A DNA stretch of 25,107 nt. Source: a virus (lineage: Duplodnaviria > Caudoviricetes). Position numbers and translations under genes: made by a program. The notes beneath the pieces were generated by a model that saw only the letters and a list, made by a program, of their open reading frames with translations, searched no databases and was not told where the DNA came from. Position 1 is the first letter of the stretch. Each line of letters begins with the position of its first letter. Positions 15,131 through 24,632 of the stretch are shown here, piece by piece. The stretch covers positions 1 to 25,107 of the IMG/VR virus record IMGVR_UViG_3300025277_000142; one strand, given 5' to 3'.

Positions 15131-15985
15131 TTATGCCGTCAAACTAATTGAAAATGGTACGATCACATTATCACCGCTACCCCAACCATCGACAGTGATA
15201 GCTTCACTATAAACCTTGGTCGTTATGCCCGACCCCTCATAGATATAAAAAGTGGCTATATCTGGTAAACTGGTGATGGTGTTAAATCTGATATTAGCTG
15301 AGCTACTGGTTCCACCCCACTGTAACGTAAAGGCGGTTTGTTGTAAGTGAGTGGCACCGTTATACAGGCTGGCCCTACTGATGGTTACATTCTGATCCAC
15401 GCCACGTAAGATGTCACCTAACCGAACCATTAAATCATCACTAACATCCGGTGAGCGGCTTAGTATTATCTTATAAGTCACGTCAATGGTGTCGTTATCA
15501 TCGATCTGCACATTAGGGTCGATCTCATCCCCAGTAGCTGACCCAATTTGGGACGAATTAGATAACAGGTAAACAGTGGAGATTGAAGCCGAACCGTCAA
15601 AGGTGCCGAGAGGTTTTGACCCACTGATACTGAACTCAGTTGTGACCTGATTATTAACAACACCACTGGTAGAGTGATTAGTCCCGACCATCTCCATTGA
15701 AGTCCAATACATATTGCTCAACAAACAGATAATTCGTACCGGAACCAATATCTCAGGGTAGGCATCTCCGTCTGTGATCTTCTTCATCAAATTAACCCGG
15801 ACCTCATCTGTCAGGCTGTTGTTGATGGTCTGCTGTCCTTTAACTCGACCCCGATGGTCACGAACTGTAACCACGGCCTCACCCCTAAGGCCCAGACCCT
15901 GACCCTGACCCTTGGGATTGGCTATAGGCTGCAACGCTGTCGTCAACCCGGATGTAGAAATCGACTTTACTAGAGGCTCTGTCAC
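15131..15985 (-). CDS. Beta-rich virion structural protein; true start uncertain (possibly reached by frameshift)
   Basis: Paralog of 14250..15119. The annotated start is a GTG 101 nt inside the upstream gene. Confidence 0.6.
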   Translation of the reverse strand: MTEPLVKSISTSGLTTALQPIANPKGQGQGLGLRGEAVVTVRDHRGRVKGQQTINNSLTDEVRVNLMKKITDGDAYPEILVPVRIICLLSNMYWTSMEMVGTNHSTSGVVNNQVTTEFSISGSKPLGTFDGSASISTVYLLSNSSQIGSATGDEIDPNVQIDDNDTIDVTYKIILSRSPDVSDDLMVRLGDILRGVDQNVTISRASLYNGATHLQQTAFTLQWGGTSSSANIRFNTITSLPDIATFYIYEGSGITTKVYSEAITVDGWGSGDNVIVPFSISLTA

Positions 15986-17057
15986 TTGGGTTATTTTGTT
16001 CCTCAGAGTCTACGCTATCACGAACACTAATTTTGAAATAAACACCGTCGGTAACGCGGTCGTTAGGTTGGTTATGTTCGTCGACCGAAGAATGGTCACC
16101 CAATACGACCGAAGATTCCATCTTGTAGAGAGTTGTGGTATTAGCAACATCGTTCTCATCTAATTGACTATGATCGCCCAGGCTGACCGATGACTCCATC
16201 TTATACAGGGTAGTGATGTTAGCCACATCCGTTTCATCCACCTGACTATGGTCGCCCAACCCCATCGATGTTCCCATCTTATACAGGGTGATAGTCCTAA
16301 CAACATTGTTTTCATCCAATTGAGCGTGATCACCCAGACCGACGGAAGACACCATCTTATACAAAGTGATGATACTAACCACGTTATTTTCATCAACATC
16401 ACTGTGATCGCCCAAGCCAACAGAAGATTCCATCTTATACAAGGTGATAACGTTAGCATAATTGGTCTCATCCATCGAGACGTGATCGCCCAACCTGACT
16501 GACGACTCCATCTTATAGAGTGTGATAATCCCAGTGACATTATCTTCATAAACATGGCTATGGTCGCCCAACCCGACAGACCCCTCCATTTTATAGAGAG
16601 TGATGGTGCTAGCCACATTGTTTTCGTCCACCTGGGTATTATCGCCCAAGCCGATAGACGACTCCATCTTGTAGAGTTCAACACCGGCCGTAATATTAGT
16701 CTCAGCCACCCCCGCATTATCACCCAACTCGATGGAGCTCTCCATCTTGTAGAGTGTGATAGTGGAGGATAAGTCGTTCTCAGCAATGCTAGCATGGTCG
16801 CCTAAACCGATGGATGAAACCATCTTGTAGAGACCGATAACTCGGCTGACATCCACCCCTTGAGCCGCGGAACGGTCGGTCAGATTGATAAATGCCGACA
16901 ATTTTGGTAGGTTGAAGGTAGCTGTAACCGGATTCTCTATACTGTGAGTGTGGTCGCCAAGGCCAACAGAAACCCCTACCGCAGCAGTCAGAGTAATGGT
17001 CTGGGGTACAACCTCTTTCAGAAACCGATCTGGAGTGGGAACAGGTCGCCATTTCAT
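15885..17057 (-). CDS. 26-aa tandem-repeat virion protein (fibre/spike-like)
   Basis: Ten clear LYKMxSSVxLGDH..DExxV..xxT repeats plus degenerate flanking copies. Confidence 0.75.
   Translation of the reverse strand: MKWRPVPTPDRFLKEVVPQTITLTAAVGVSVGLGDHTHSIENPVTATFNLPKLSAFINLTDRSAAQGVDVSRVIGLYKMVSSIGLGDHASIAENDLSSTITLYKMESSIELGDNAGVAETNITAGVELYKMESSIGLGDNTQVDENNVASTITLYKMEGSVGLGDHSHVYEDNVTGIITLYKMESSVRLGDHVSMDETNYANVITLYKMESSVGLGDHSDVDENNVVSIITLYKMVSSVGLGDHAQLDENNVVRTITLYKMGTSMGLGDHSQVDETDVANITTLYKMESSVSLGDHSQLDENDVANTTTLYKMESSVVLGDHSSVDEHNQPNDRVTDGVYFKISVRDSVDSEEQNNPSDRASSKVDFYIRVDDSVAAYSQSQGSGSGSGP
16053..16832 (-). repeat. Coding tandem repeat, 10 x 78 bp
   Basis: The LYKM codon block recurs at an exact 78-nt period, from 16821-16832 to 16119-16130. 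Confidence 0.92.
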
Positions 17058-17061
17058 TCAT

Positions 17062-18354
17062 CTAGTAAGCCGAGTACATCACATTCTTGACCTGACGTGA
17101 TCCTCTGATGTTACGCGTCCTCTGGAATCGGACCAACTTATTGACTTCCATCTCATACATAGCTAATGCCTGAGCCGATTCGTTGTTAATACCACCCTCA
17201 GCTTTATAACTAGCCATCGAGACAGCTTGATTGATCAGAGCCTCCAAACAGGTCTCTGGAAGTTCCAGTCGATCACTCAAACGGGTAGCACTATAGGTCG
17301 AGGTTCCCATCTTCATCGGGTATCGAGCATAGTAGATGTTGAGACGTTCGTTACCATTAAACCCCAAGATGTCGTAACTGCTGACAACATTACCAGTATC
17401 GTGAGAACCGCCGACGAAAAGCGTGTAGGTATTGTCTGTATCCAAGATCTTGTTGTTAGGAAACACCACTTCATGCGTAGCCACAGAACGACTATCGATA
17501 GATGTGACATCTACCGTATTGGTCCCATCCTCAAGATAAACTTTCAAGGGGTGTGTATCTGTGCCTACGGATGATAGTGACACCTTAGCCCCATAGAGAT
17601 AGTAGGGAGTAGTAGGTGTAAAGGCAGTGGTAACACCGTCGGCAATGGTGGTGTAACTGGAGTCGGATACCAATGGGTTTATATGGAACAAAGACAAGGT
17701 TTTCTCAGCTCTCTCGATTTGTATGCGGTCGTTTGGTCTGAAAGTGTTGGTTTTACCACCAGTTAAGCCGGCTGAAGCTGTCATCGATGTGAGAGCTGTT
17801 GTGGTGATGGTCCCACTGCTACCGTCACTCAGATTAAAGATCTTATCGCGTCCAGTGACCACGCTACCGGTATCGAAGTTGGCCTGATAATCACCGGCAC
17901 TAGCTACATCGATAGTGGCCACGGTGGTGGAATCGTTTGTATTGTTACAAATTCTAGCGTTAATTATCTCGGCTGTCTGACCAAAAACATCGAAATATCT
18001 GGGCTGGATGTCGGTACTGTCCAAATCTCTGAAGGATTGCAACGGACGTTGTTTAATCTCGTAGCGGGTCGTTGAATCCTCCCAGAAGCATTCTTGGACA
18101 CCTAACAGGTCTTCTGGTAAGGCGTATTCTCGTTTATTGGGTTCGATGGCCAGTTTCTTTCGCCCGGTCAACATCGAAACACCGTTCCGATACAGATCGG
18201 CTGTTAGTTTCCGAGCTGAATCGTTGATCACCTTGGCTTCTTCATCAGTGGCCGAACCACCGGAATAGACCACATCTTTACTGATAAAGTTACCACTAGG
18301 GTCACCCAGTCTAAATCTTAACCGGTCTCGTAGTTCTTCTAATGTTAAAGCCAT
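17062..18354 (-). CDS. Head-tail adaptor/connector protein with a large central insertion
   Basis: N-terminal TLEELRDRLRFRLGD..INDS..REYALPED and C-terminal IYYARYP..ELPE..EALI motifs typical of podovirus-type adaptors; follows the capsid gene. Confidence 0.65.
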   Translation of the reverse strand: MALTLEELRDRLRFRLGDPSGNFISKDVVYSGGSATDEEAKVINDSARKLTADLYRNGVSMLTGRKKLAIEPNKREYALPEDLLGVQECFWEDSTTRYEIKQRPLQSFRDLDSTDIQPRYFDVFGQTAEIINARICNNTNDSTTVATIDVASAGDYQANFDTGSVVTGRDKIFNLSDGSSGTITTTALTSMTASAGLTGGKTNTFRPNDRIQIERAEKTLSLFHINPLVSDSSYTTIADGVTTAFTPTTPYYLYGAKVSLSSVGTDTHPLKVYLEDGTNTVDVTSIDSRSVATHEVVFPNNKILDTDNTYTLFVGGSHDTGNVVSSYDILGFNGNERLNIYYARYPMKMGTSTYSATRLSDRLELPETCLEALINQAVSMASYKAEGGINNESAQALAMYEMEVNKLVRFQRTRNIRGSRQVKNVMYSAY

Positions 18355-18372
18355 TGTGTTTTAGAATAGTGA

Positions 18373-18399
18373 GAGTGAGGCGAATTAACACCCCACTCA
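18373..18399 (-). terminator. Hairpin after the major capsid gene (weak terminator or mRNA stabiliser)
   Basis: GAGTGGGGGTG-ttaatt-CGCCTCACTC; poor U-tract. Confidence 0.45.
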
Positions 18400-18409
18400 T
18401 CAGTAAAGG

Positions 18410-19663
18410 TTAGACGGACGTACCACCCACTTGAGGAGTAGCACCTAAATAGATCCAGAAGTTTTTGGCTCTGTCATCACAAACTAGTTGGGATTTGGTC
18501 TTGAGTTGACCTTCAATCACCGCTCGATCAGGATGAGTTTTGAACCCACTAAACTGGGAGTTTAGTGCTTCATGGTTCACTAAATAGGTGTGGTTGGTAT
18601 TAATACCGATCACTGAACCGGTCGGAATGAACGGGTCAGCCATAATGGTAGTGCCGAAGGAGTTCCAGGTCATGTTCTGCAAGAACCCAATATTCGACAT
18701 GGTGTCGTCACGTTGGACTTGACCTTCCAGTAACATTTCCAAGGCTACATAAATACGAGGATTACAGAAAACGTAATCTACCGCATCGATACCACCCTGA
18801 GCGCAATCGTGTAGAGCCAACCCTAACAGTTCTTTGGTTAGGTTATGTTGAGCTCCACCAGCATCCTCAACCGTTTCGACATTGACGGTCTTGGCTTGCC
18901 ATTTATTACTAGTGGTGAAGTCGGCTGGATCGGACCCTGAAGTGTTATGGGTGTTAAAGTAACCTGACAACAAGCCCAGGTCTTCAGCTCCGGCTTGATC
19001 TTGGAAAGTACCCAAAGCTGTACGAGAGAACCCGCCCAGATCGTTACTATCCAACACACTAAAGATACTGTGAATACCTCCAGTTGCGTCGTGATCGTTA
19101 CCACCGTTAGTCAAACCACCAGACCCACCAGTTTCCTGGTTGGCTAAAGCGTAGGCTTGAGCATTAGACATATCATCAGCCATCAACTCGGTTTCACGAG
19201 CGAAGATGTTGAAGATTGTCTTACGGTCTCTCTCCGGTATAGAATCGATCGATTCTATGTTAAGAAGGTCGTTGATGTTGAGCGCACTATTCTCCACCAA
19301 CATATCTTCTGTGATACGAACATTAACAGCTAGGTTTTTCCATTGATACTCAACCTGAGCGAACTGACCACCGGCTCCGGTAGTCGCACCGGCACCACCA
19401 ACATCGTCAGTAGCGTCAGTGGTCGCATCGGTTCTCCAAGCTGTTAATTGCTCGGACCCGTAGTACCATTGGTGTTTATTCCTGTTATATCGGACTTGGG
19501 CCCGAATCGAGTTGCCAGTATCTTCCTTGGCATTCTCTTGTAGTACCCGTAATAACGGGCTGGTTTTAGAAAGTAGAGCTGTGTTCAGCCCCTGTTGAGA
19601 TGGCAAAGTTGCCATCTCGATCTGTTCGAGAATAGTAGTTGCTGCGCCACCGACTGCGGCCAT
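18410..19663 (-). CDS. Major capsid protein (HK97-fold expected; start revised to MAAVGG)
   Basis: SPLLRVL..GNSIRAQVRY..VEYQWKNLAVNVRIT..GFLQNMTWN..IMADPFIP..GINTNH; follows portal and scaffold; GGGGGA SD. Confidence 0.85.
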   Translation of the reverse strand: MAAVGGAATTILEQIEMATLPSQQGLNTALLSKTSPLLRVLQENAKEDTGNSIRAQVRYNRNKHQWYYGSEQLTAWRTDATTDATDDVGGAGATTGAGGQFAQVEYQWKNLAVNVRITEDMLVENSALNINDLLNIESIDSIPERDRKTIFNIFARETELMADDMSNAQAYALANQETGGSGGLTNGGNDHDATGGIHSIFSVLDSNDLGGFSRTALGTFQDQAGAEDLGLLSGYFNTHNTSGSDPADFTTSNKWQAKTVNVETVEDAGGAQHNLTKELLGLALHDCAQGGIDAVDYVFCNPRIYVALEMLLEGQVQRDDTMSNIGFLQNMTWNSFGTTIMADPFIPTGSVIGINTNHTYLVNHEALNSQFSGFKTHPDRAVIEGQLKTKSQLVCDDRAKNFWIYLGATPQVGGTSV

Positions 19664-19699
19664 TGTAAAATCCCCCAATGGCGTAGGGTGTTATTGACC

Positions 19700-20371
19700 C
19701 TATCGCCCGAGATACTGCAATAGGTCCGGATTAGCAGCCACAGCAGAAGCTCTCTCGGTGGGACTCATCTTCTCTAGCCTTTCTACCATATCACCTTCAC
19801 TCACTTGCGGTGGTGACGATGTATTGGATCTGGCTTGAGGTAATGGTTCACCGGCTGAGGCTCTCTGTTGGGCTTGATTCTGTTTTTTCTGATTACGCTG
19901 CGAGTTCAGATTAGCCACCTTATAAGCGCTTTCAAAATCGCCTTGGATGTTGTAATCGTGAATTAACTGAGCGTCTTCAACACTAACCCCAAACTGTTGT
20001 TGCAGTTTTGTGATTCTGGAATCAACGGCTTGTGCTTCGTCGCGTTGAGCTTGTTGAGTTTTTAGGTCAACAATTTCGTGCGCCATTTCCCGCACTGCCC
20101 GCTGATATACATCTTCTTCTTGGGGTTGATTGTCCGCGTAACCGCCTCGTCTCAAGTTATCGATCTCAGCTTGTTGGGATTCCAACTGGGCTTTTAGATC
20201 GGCTCGATCCTGACCCATTTCGGTGATCTTCTGTTTAGCTGTTAATCTTTCGCTATCCATTTTCTCACGTAGGGTCGAGAGTTCGGCTTCAATCGGGTCA
20301 ACGGGTTCAGACGAGTCCTCGGTAACAGTGGTTCCCTCTTGGGGAGTTGTTTCGATGGGCTGCTCGTTCAT
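19700..20371 (-). CDS. Capsid scaffolding protein
   Basis: Acidic disordered N-terminus and coiled coil; lies between portal and capsid genes. Confidence 0.7.
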   Translation of the reverse strand: MNEQPIETTPQEGTTVTEDSSEPVDPIEAELSTLREKMDSERLTAKQKITEMGQDRADLKAQLESQQAEIDNLRRGGYADNQPQEEDVYQRAVREMAHEIVDLKTQQAQRDEAQAVDSRITKLQQQFGVSVEDAQLIHDYNIQGDFESAYKVANLNSQRNQKKQNQAQQRASAGEPLPQARSNTSSPPQVSEGDMVERLEKMSPTERASAVAANPDLLQYLGR

Positions 20372-20377
20372 AGCTTC

Positions 20378-22201
20378 TTATACTCCTAACTGATTAGCTA
20401 CATTGGGTTCGGCCAGTCCAGGTTGTGCAGGATTATTGTCTGCCGACAGTCCTAACTCTGGGTTGTTGGCCAATTGTTGTTGAAGAACTTGAGCCTGATC
20501 CATGACATCAAAGATCTCAGCTCGCCGTTCTTCAGAAAGTTCGACACCGGTGTATCTGATAAATTCTTTAACATCAAAGACACCAGATTGGACCATAGCA
20601 AAAGCGTAATTGATACGGTCGGTCATATTCAAAGGCGCATCGGCCTTAGATTCGATTTCCACGCTATATAACAGTTCTCGCATGGCTTCATTGAATAACA
20701 GGTTTTCACCCTGATCATAAGTTCGCGTCTCTCTGGGATCATCAAACTCTTTATACTGTTGTAACAGGCTGACTTCCACTCTAGCTTGGCGACGATAGGA
20801 TACGTCCAGACTCTGGATCTTGGGTACTTGACGGTTGTAAGCGTTACCGGTCAGGAGACTGACCATCTTACCCGAAACGTTGGAGCCGGGTGCTTGACCT
20901 TGTAAAACAGGACTGACACCGGCCACCTGTTCCTGAGCTGTCTGTTCCAACTCTTTGACTAATCCCAAGACATCCCCTGGAATGGGTGCTGGTGGGATTC
21001 GTTGCACTTTACCTATATCTTCCACCGGTACAATCAGACCGGGTTGGTTAGTTAAGTCACCATAATCGACTGATCCGTCCTCGATTAACCATTGTGAATT
21101 GGACATCAGTAAAGCGTTAGCGATAACAGTGTTATAGAGAATGTTGGTCCCGTCTTGTATCGATAACAGTGGTTCTACTTCAGATCGGCCGTGAAATACG
21201 TGAGGTAACGGTGATGAGGTATAACCGATAATAGGGAACTCGTTATGCCAATATGGGTTGGGTTGATCGTAGACTATCTTTTGTTCATTGATACATACCA
21301 CTACTCTGGATCGGTTAGCTTGTTGGCGTTCCTCATCGTAACGATAATCAAACGCTTCCGAAATCCCGTGATCAGCGTCGAAATAGACCTCTAGGACCGG
21401 ATACCTGTTACGCTCATATCGGGTTTCAGTGGTAAGTTCTCCGCGTGGTGCTTTGAAATAGTTCCGTACCCGTCGCAAGAATCCACGACCGCTCTTAACA
21501 CTATGATCAGCCGATTGATCGGCATCAGACCCATCAGCGTAATCGGATTCCTTGACTCCGTACAGGTGTTCGATGTCAGCCGCATCCAGATAGGTCCGTA
21601 CAATCACATACTTGGAGTCTTGGAAGTCCAATCTAGTACCCATCGGGTCGACCAGTACATCTTCCATCGGGATAATAGGTAGCTTGATCTCTTGCATATA
21701 GGGGCAATAATGGACTTTACGAAACCCGGTCCCGTTGACCAACACATCCATTAACAGCTTACTGATCTCTAAACCTTCACCTCGTCGTTGGTGCGTAGCA
21801 TCTAGGATGGTCTCCAACTTCTCAGCTAACTCTTTATCAGTCATCCCCGTCGGGATCGGCATCCCTATATCGTTATCTGAGATAACAGCTTCCATATCAG
21901 GGAAATCAGCTCGAATAAAGTATTTAGGTCGAGCTTGGGATAGAATGGGGGCTAATGTATCCACCACCGGTGCCACGATGTTACGGGTCAACCTGAACTT
22001 CCAGCTCGGCACTTCAGCATCGACCAGTGCTTCACCTTCTTCGATCAGGTATTGACTACCCAACAGATACAGCCAGGATTTCCGAGCCACCTTAATACGT
22101 TGACTGATAGCGTCTTCAGCTTCAGCCCGCATAGCTTTGATAGATTGGAGTAAGTCGTCTTCGTCGTTGATCAGTTCAAAACTTTCTATTTTATCAGACA
22201 T
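20378..22201 (-). CDS. Portal protein (P22-like)
   Basis: 607 aa directly after TerL; RNIVAPVVD, DVLVNGTGFRKV, VLVDP, PNPYWHNEFP and FHGRSEVEPL motifs; Q-rich tail. Confidence 0.88.
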   Translation of the reverse strand: MSDKIESFELINDEDDLLQSIKAMRAEAEDAISQRIKVARKSWLYLLGSQYLIEEGEALVDAEVPSWKFRLTRNIVAPVVDTLAPILSQARPKYFIRADFPDMEAVISDNDIGMPIPTGMTDKELAEKLETILDATHQRRGEGLEISKLLMDVLVNGTGFRKVHYCPYMQEIKLPIIPMEDVLVDPMGTRLDFQDSKYVIVRTYLDAADIEHLYGVKESDYADGSDADQSADHSVKSGRGFLRRVRNYFKAPRGELTTETRYERNRYPVLEVYFDADHGISEAFDYRYDEERQQANRSRVVVCINEQKIVYDQPNPYWHNEFPIIGYTSSPLPHVFHGRSEVEPLLSIQDGTNILYNTVIANALLMSNSQWLIEDGSVDYGDLTNQPGLIVPVEDIGKVQRIPPAPIPGDVLGLVKELEQTAQEQVAGVSPVLQGQAPGSNVSGKMVSLLTGNAYNRQVPKIQSLDVSYRRQARVEVSLLQQYKEFDDPRETRTYDQGENLLFNEAMRELLYSVEIESKADAPLNMTDRINYAFAMVQSGVFDVKEFIRYTGVELSEERRAEIFDVMDQAQVLQQQLANNPELGLSADNNPAQPGLAEPNVANQLGV

Positions 22202-23996
22202 AATCCCATACCGATTTCGGTTTACGATCCTCCTCCCACCTACGTTCTTCTATCAATCGTTCTTTTTTCTCGACCCATCTGCTAGGTTTGGGTGCTGGCA
22301 ACCCTTCGTGAGCTAACAGAGCTGAGATACAAGCGAAGACCCCATCATCAAACCAACCCTGATCATCCTCACCCGGTTTTCTCCGTTGACCCTTCTTAAC
22401 AGCTTGAGGTTTGCCATTGACGGTAACAAAGTTGTTCAGTTCTTGCAATATCTGGTCATCATAGACCAGGAACTCACCCTTATTAAAGTAGGTCTGTAAC
22501 AAGGCCACCCCTAACCGACGGGTGGATGAGGTGTTACGCCAACCAAATCGAGACGAATCACTGATCTGGATGTCTCGTTCTCGTAACAAATTACCTGCTC
22601 CACGTTCCGATAGTAGGAGGTTGACCGCACTACCATCAGCATTACTCTCCACACAGATGGAAGCGTTATCATAATATTTAGCTGCCCACTTAATCTGATC
22701 AGCGAAATAATCGAGAGATAGTTGTTCACCCTTACCGGCTCGGATAACACAGACCACTTCCATCGGTAACCGTTTCATTACCACGGCACAACTATAATCG
22801 CCAGTATCTAACCCCTCAGCCACATCAGCCCCGATAATGTAACCCGATTTGTAGGCTTCGTCTGGGAAGCGATAAACTTTAGAGACAGCTACACCCATCG
22901 GTCGGAACTCTACACCACGCGGTGTCTCATTAAAGTGACCCTTCTTAACTCTTGGGGCTTTACTTTTCAGTTGACCTATCCGGTTGAGATCGAATATCGA
23001 TGCTACTTGAGTCCTGAAGGCTACTTCCCAACTAACTGGATACTGTCGATCAAACTCATGTATCGAGCCAGCGCATCGGTTGCGAATAGCGTGCCGTCTC
23101 CAGTTGATTTTCTCTAAGGTCAACTCTGGATGGGCTTCGACCAACTGTTGTTCGTTGCCATATTCGTCACCCTCGGCGTTACCCAAACTGTTACCTAGTT
23201 GTTCTTTAGTTAGATCGGAATCGAAGTCTCGTTGATATTCTTCGTGGGTGAACCAGGGAATAAATAAGGGGAAAAAGTCCGATTTTCCATTAACAGCTCT
23301 GATCCATTCTTGATAGAAATCGTCACCATGTCGGTTAGCTGTGGATTCCAAGAAGATAGCACTATCAGTGTCAGGAACCGTCTGGTACAACATGCTGATA
23401 GTTTCTCGTAGGTTACGGAAGAAAGCGGCTTCTGATAAGTGGACCACCTGGAATGTAAAGCTAGTGATAGTTCCACCCTCAACCCGTATCTGACTGTTGA
23501 GCGGGGTGGCGAACTTCATAAAGGTGTTCTCTCTTGTAAACTCACGCTTTACGCCCATGTCGGGTAAGTTATCAGCAAATGTCTTGTACATCTGGAAGAT
23601 ATTCTTAGCCGATCCACCCTTCTCCTCAGTGATTATCAGAGCGTTAGTGTTAGCTTCACATAAAGCCCGTAAGAAACAGTAAGCGCCGATACCGGTGCTG
23701 GACCCCTGTTGTCGACCTTTTAGAGCTATGATCCTGATCGGTTTCCCTTCCGACTCCATCTTAAAGACCGTTTCCAAGATCTTTAACTGGGTGTTATTGG
23801 GGATCAGCGGCCGTAACTGACGGAACTTATCGTGAATCTTCAGCAACCCGGCCATGCTGTTGATCATTTCCGTCAACCCCGCTATTAAGAGCTTGGGGTT
23901 GCTCTGATACAACACTTGGGAGGTCTGTTGAAGCCAATCGAGTTCCGAAGGTTCTAAACTGGTCAATAAGGATGTTAATATCGATTTGTTGTCCAT
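22194..23996 (-). CDS. terL: Terminase large subunit
   Basis: Walker A LKGRQQGSST, Walker B VVHLSE, motif III FLESTAN, nuclease IGADVAEG..GDYS and DDGVFA. Confidence 0.93.
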   Translation of the reverse strand: MDNKSILTSLLTSLEPSELDWLQQTSQVLYQSNPKLLIAGLTEMINSMAGLLKIHDKFRQLRPLIPNNTQLKILETVFKMESEGKPIRIIALKGRQQGSSTGIGAYCFLRALCEANTNALIITEEKGGSAKNIFQMYKTFADNLPDMGVKREFTRENTFMKFATPLNSQIRVEGGTITSFTFQVVHLSEAAFFRNLRETISMLYQTVPDTDSAIFLESTANRHGDDFYQEWIRAVNGKSDFFPLFIPWFTHEEYQRDFDSDLTKEQLGNSLGNAEGDEYGNEQQLVEAHPELTLEKINWRRHAIRNRCAGSIHEFDRQYPVSWEVAFRTQVASIFDLNRIGQLKSKAPRVKKGHFNETPRGVEFRPMGVAVSKVYRFPDEAYKSGYIIGADVAEGLDTGDYSCAVVMKRLPMEVVCVIRAGKGEQLSLDYFADQIKWAAKYYDNASICVESNADGSAVNLLLSERGAGNLLRERDIQISDSSRFGWRNTSSTRRLGVALLQTYFNKGEFLVYDDQILQELNNFVTVNGKPQAVKKGQRRKPGEDDQGWFDDGVFACISALLAHEGLPAPKPSRWVEKKERLIEERRWEEDRKPKSVWDYV

Positions 23997-24465
23997 TGTG
24001 CGCCGATGAGCTGGGTGTGAACCCAGGTTCTGTCTTAATTCCTAGTAACGACATCTCTAACTGTATGCCGTCTTTCAAAGCTGTTACCGCTGTCTTGAGG
24101 TGTTTACGGGCTTCGTCACTATCCATCTCCTCGATGTCGGATTTATGGATAACTTGAACGGCGAACTCCTGCAGGGTCTGAGCACTGCGAATCATCTTCT
24201 GTCGAGATTTCATGTTAGTATCGATCAATCGTTTCTGAAAGATACTATCCTGATAAGCATCGAAAGCTTCAGACCTATCATCCCATCGATAATTTTTACG
24301 CCACTCTTTCCAGCGTGGGTTCATCGATTTGGTCTGTTTACCATCCGCCCGCTGTAACATTTCCCAGGCTTGGCGTTGGGTCCGATCCAATCCCATGTCA
24401 CGATAAGCACAGAAGGCTCGAAAAGCTGTAGCTGTCTCACCTTCCAACTGATCCCAAAATGCCAT
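23827..24465 (-). CDS. terS: Terminase small subunit-like protein (start revised to MAFWDQ)
   Basis: WDQLEGETATAFRAFCAYRDMG..W..W...YRWDDRSEAFD pattern; immediately upstream of and overlapping terL. Confidence 0.7.
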   Translation of the reverse strand: MAFWDQLEGETATAFRAFCAYRDMGLDRTQRQAWEMLQRADGKQTKSMNPRWKEWRKNYRWDDRSEAFDAYQDSIFQKRLIDTNMKSRQKMIRSAQTLQEFAVQVIHKSDIEEMDSDEARKHLKTAVTALKDGIQLEMSLLGIKTEPGFTPSSSAHNGQQIDINILIDQFRTFGTRLASTDLPSVVSEQPQALNSGVDGNDQQHGRVAEDSR

Positions 24466-24467
24466 AT

Positions 24468-24632
24468 CTACCAACCGAACTTCTGGGTTTTTAACCAGAA
24501 TTTCTTCTGACTGAAAGCTCGAATCTGTTGTTTCTCACGTTTAACCAGATCAGCATCCTCGTTGACGTGAGGCTTGGTCAGTTCCCGACTCACTTTAGGT
24601 TGATCCGGTTTCTTTTTACCGAACAGTTTCAT
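24468..24632 (-). CDS. Small basic hypothetical protein (54 aa), not in the ORF track
   Basis: MKLFGKKKPDQPKVSRELTKPHVNEDADLVKREKQQIRAFSQKKFWLKTQKFGW*; fills the gap between the flanking genes almost exactly. Confidence 0.6.
   Translation of the reverse strand: MKLFGKKKPDQPKVSRELTKPHVNEDADLVKREKQQIRAFSQKKFWLKTQKFGW

Noticed and set aside
16053-16832. Regularly spaced repeats as a CRISPR array or DGR template/variable repeats
   Set aside because: The period is exactly 78 nt (26 codons), variation is codon-structured, there are no unique spacers or adenine-specific changes, and no cas or reverse transcriptase gene is in the window.
16160-17061. Alternative-frame minus-strand ORFs 16160..16795 and 16789..17061
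   Set aside because: They are shadows of the coding repeat with implausible W/R/C-rich composition.
1778-24357. Plus-strand ORFs in the track (e.g. 1778..2041, 2960..3391, 5335..5628, 10010..10516, 17227..17574, 21735..22055)
   Set aside because: All lie antisense to well-supported minus-strand genes and show no recognisable motifs.
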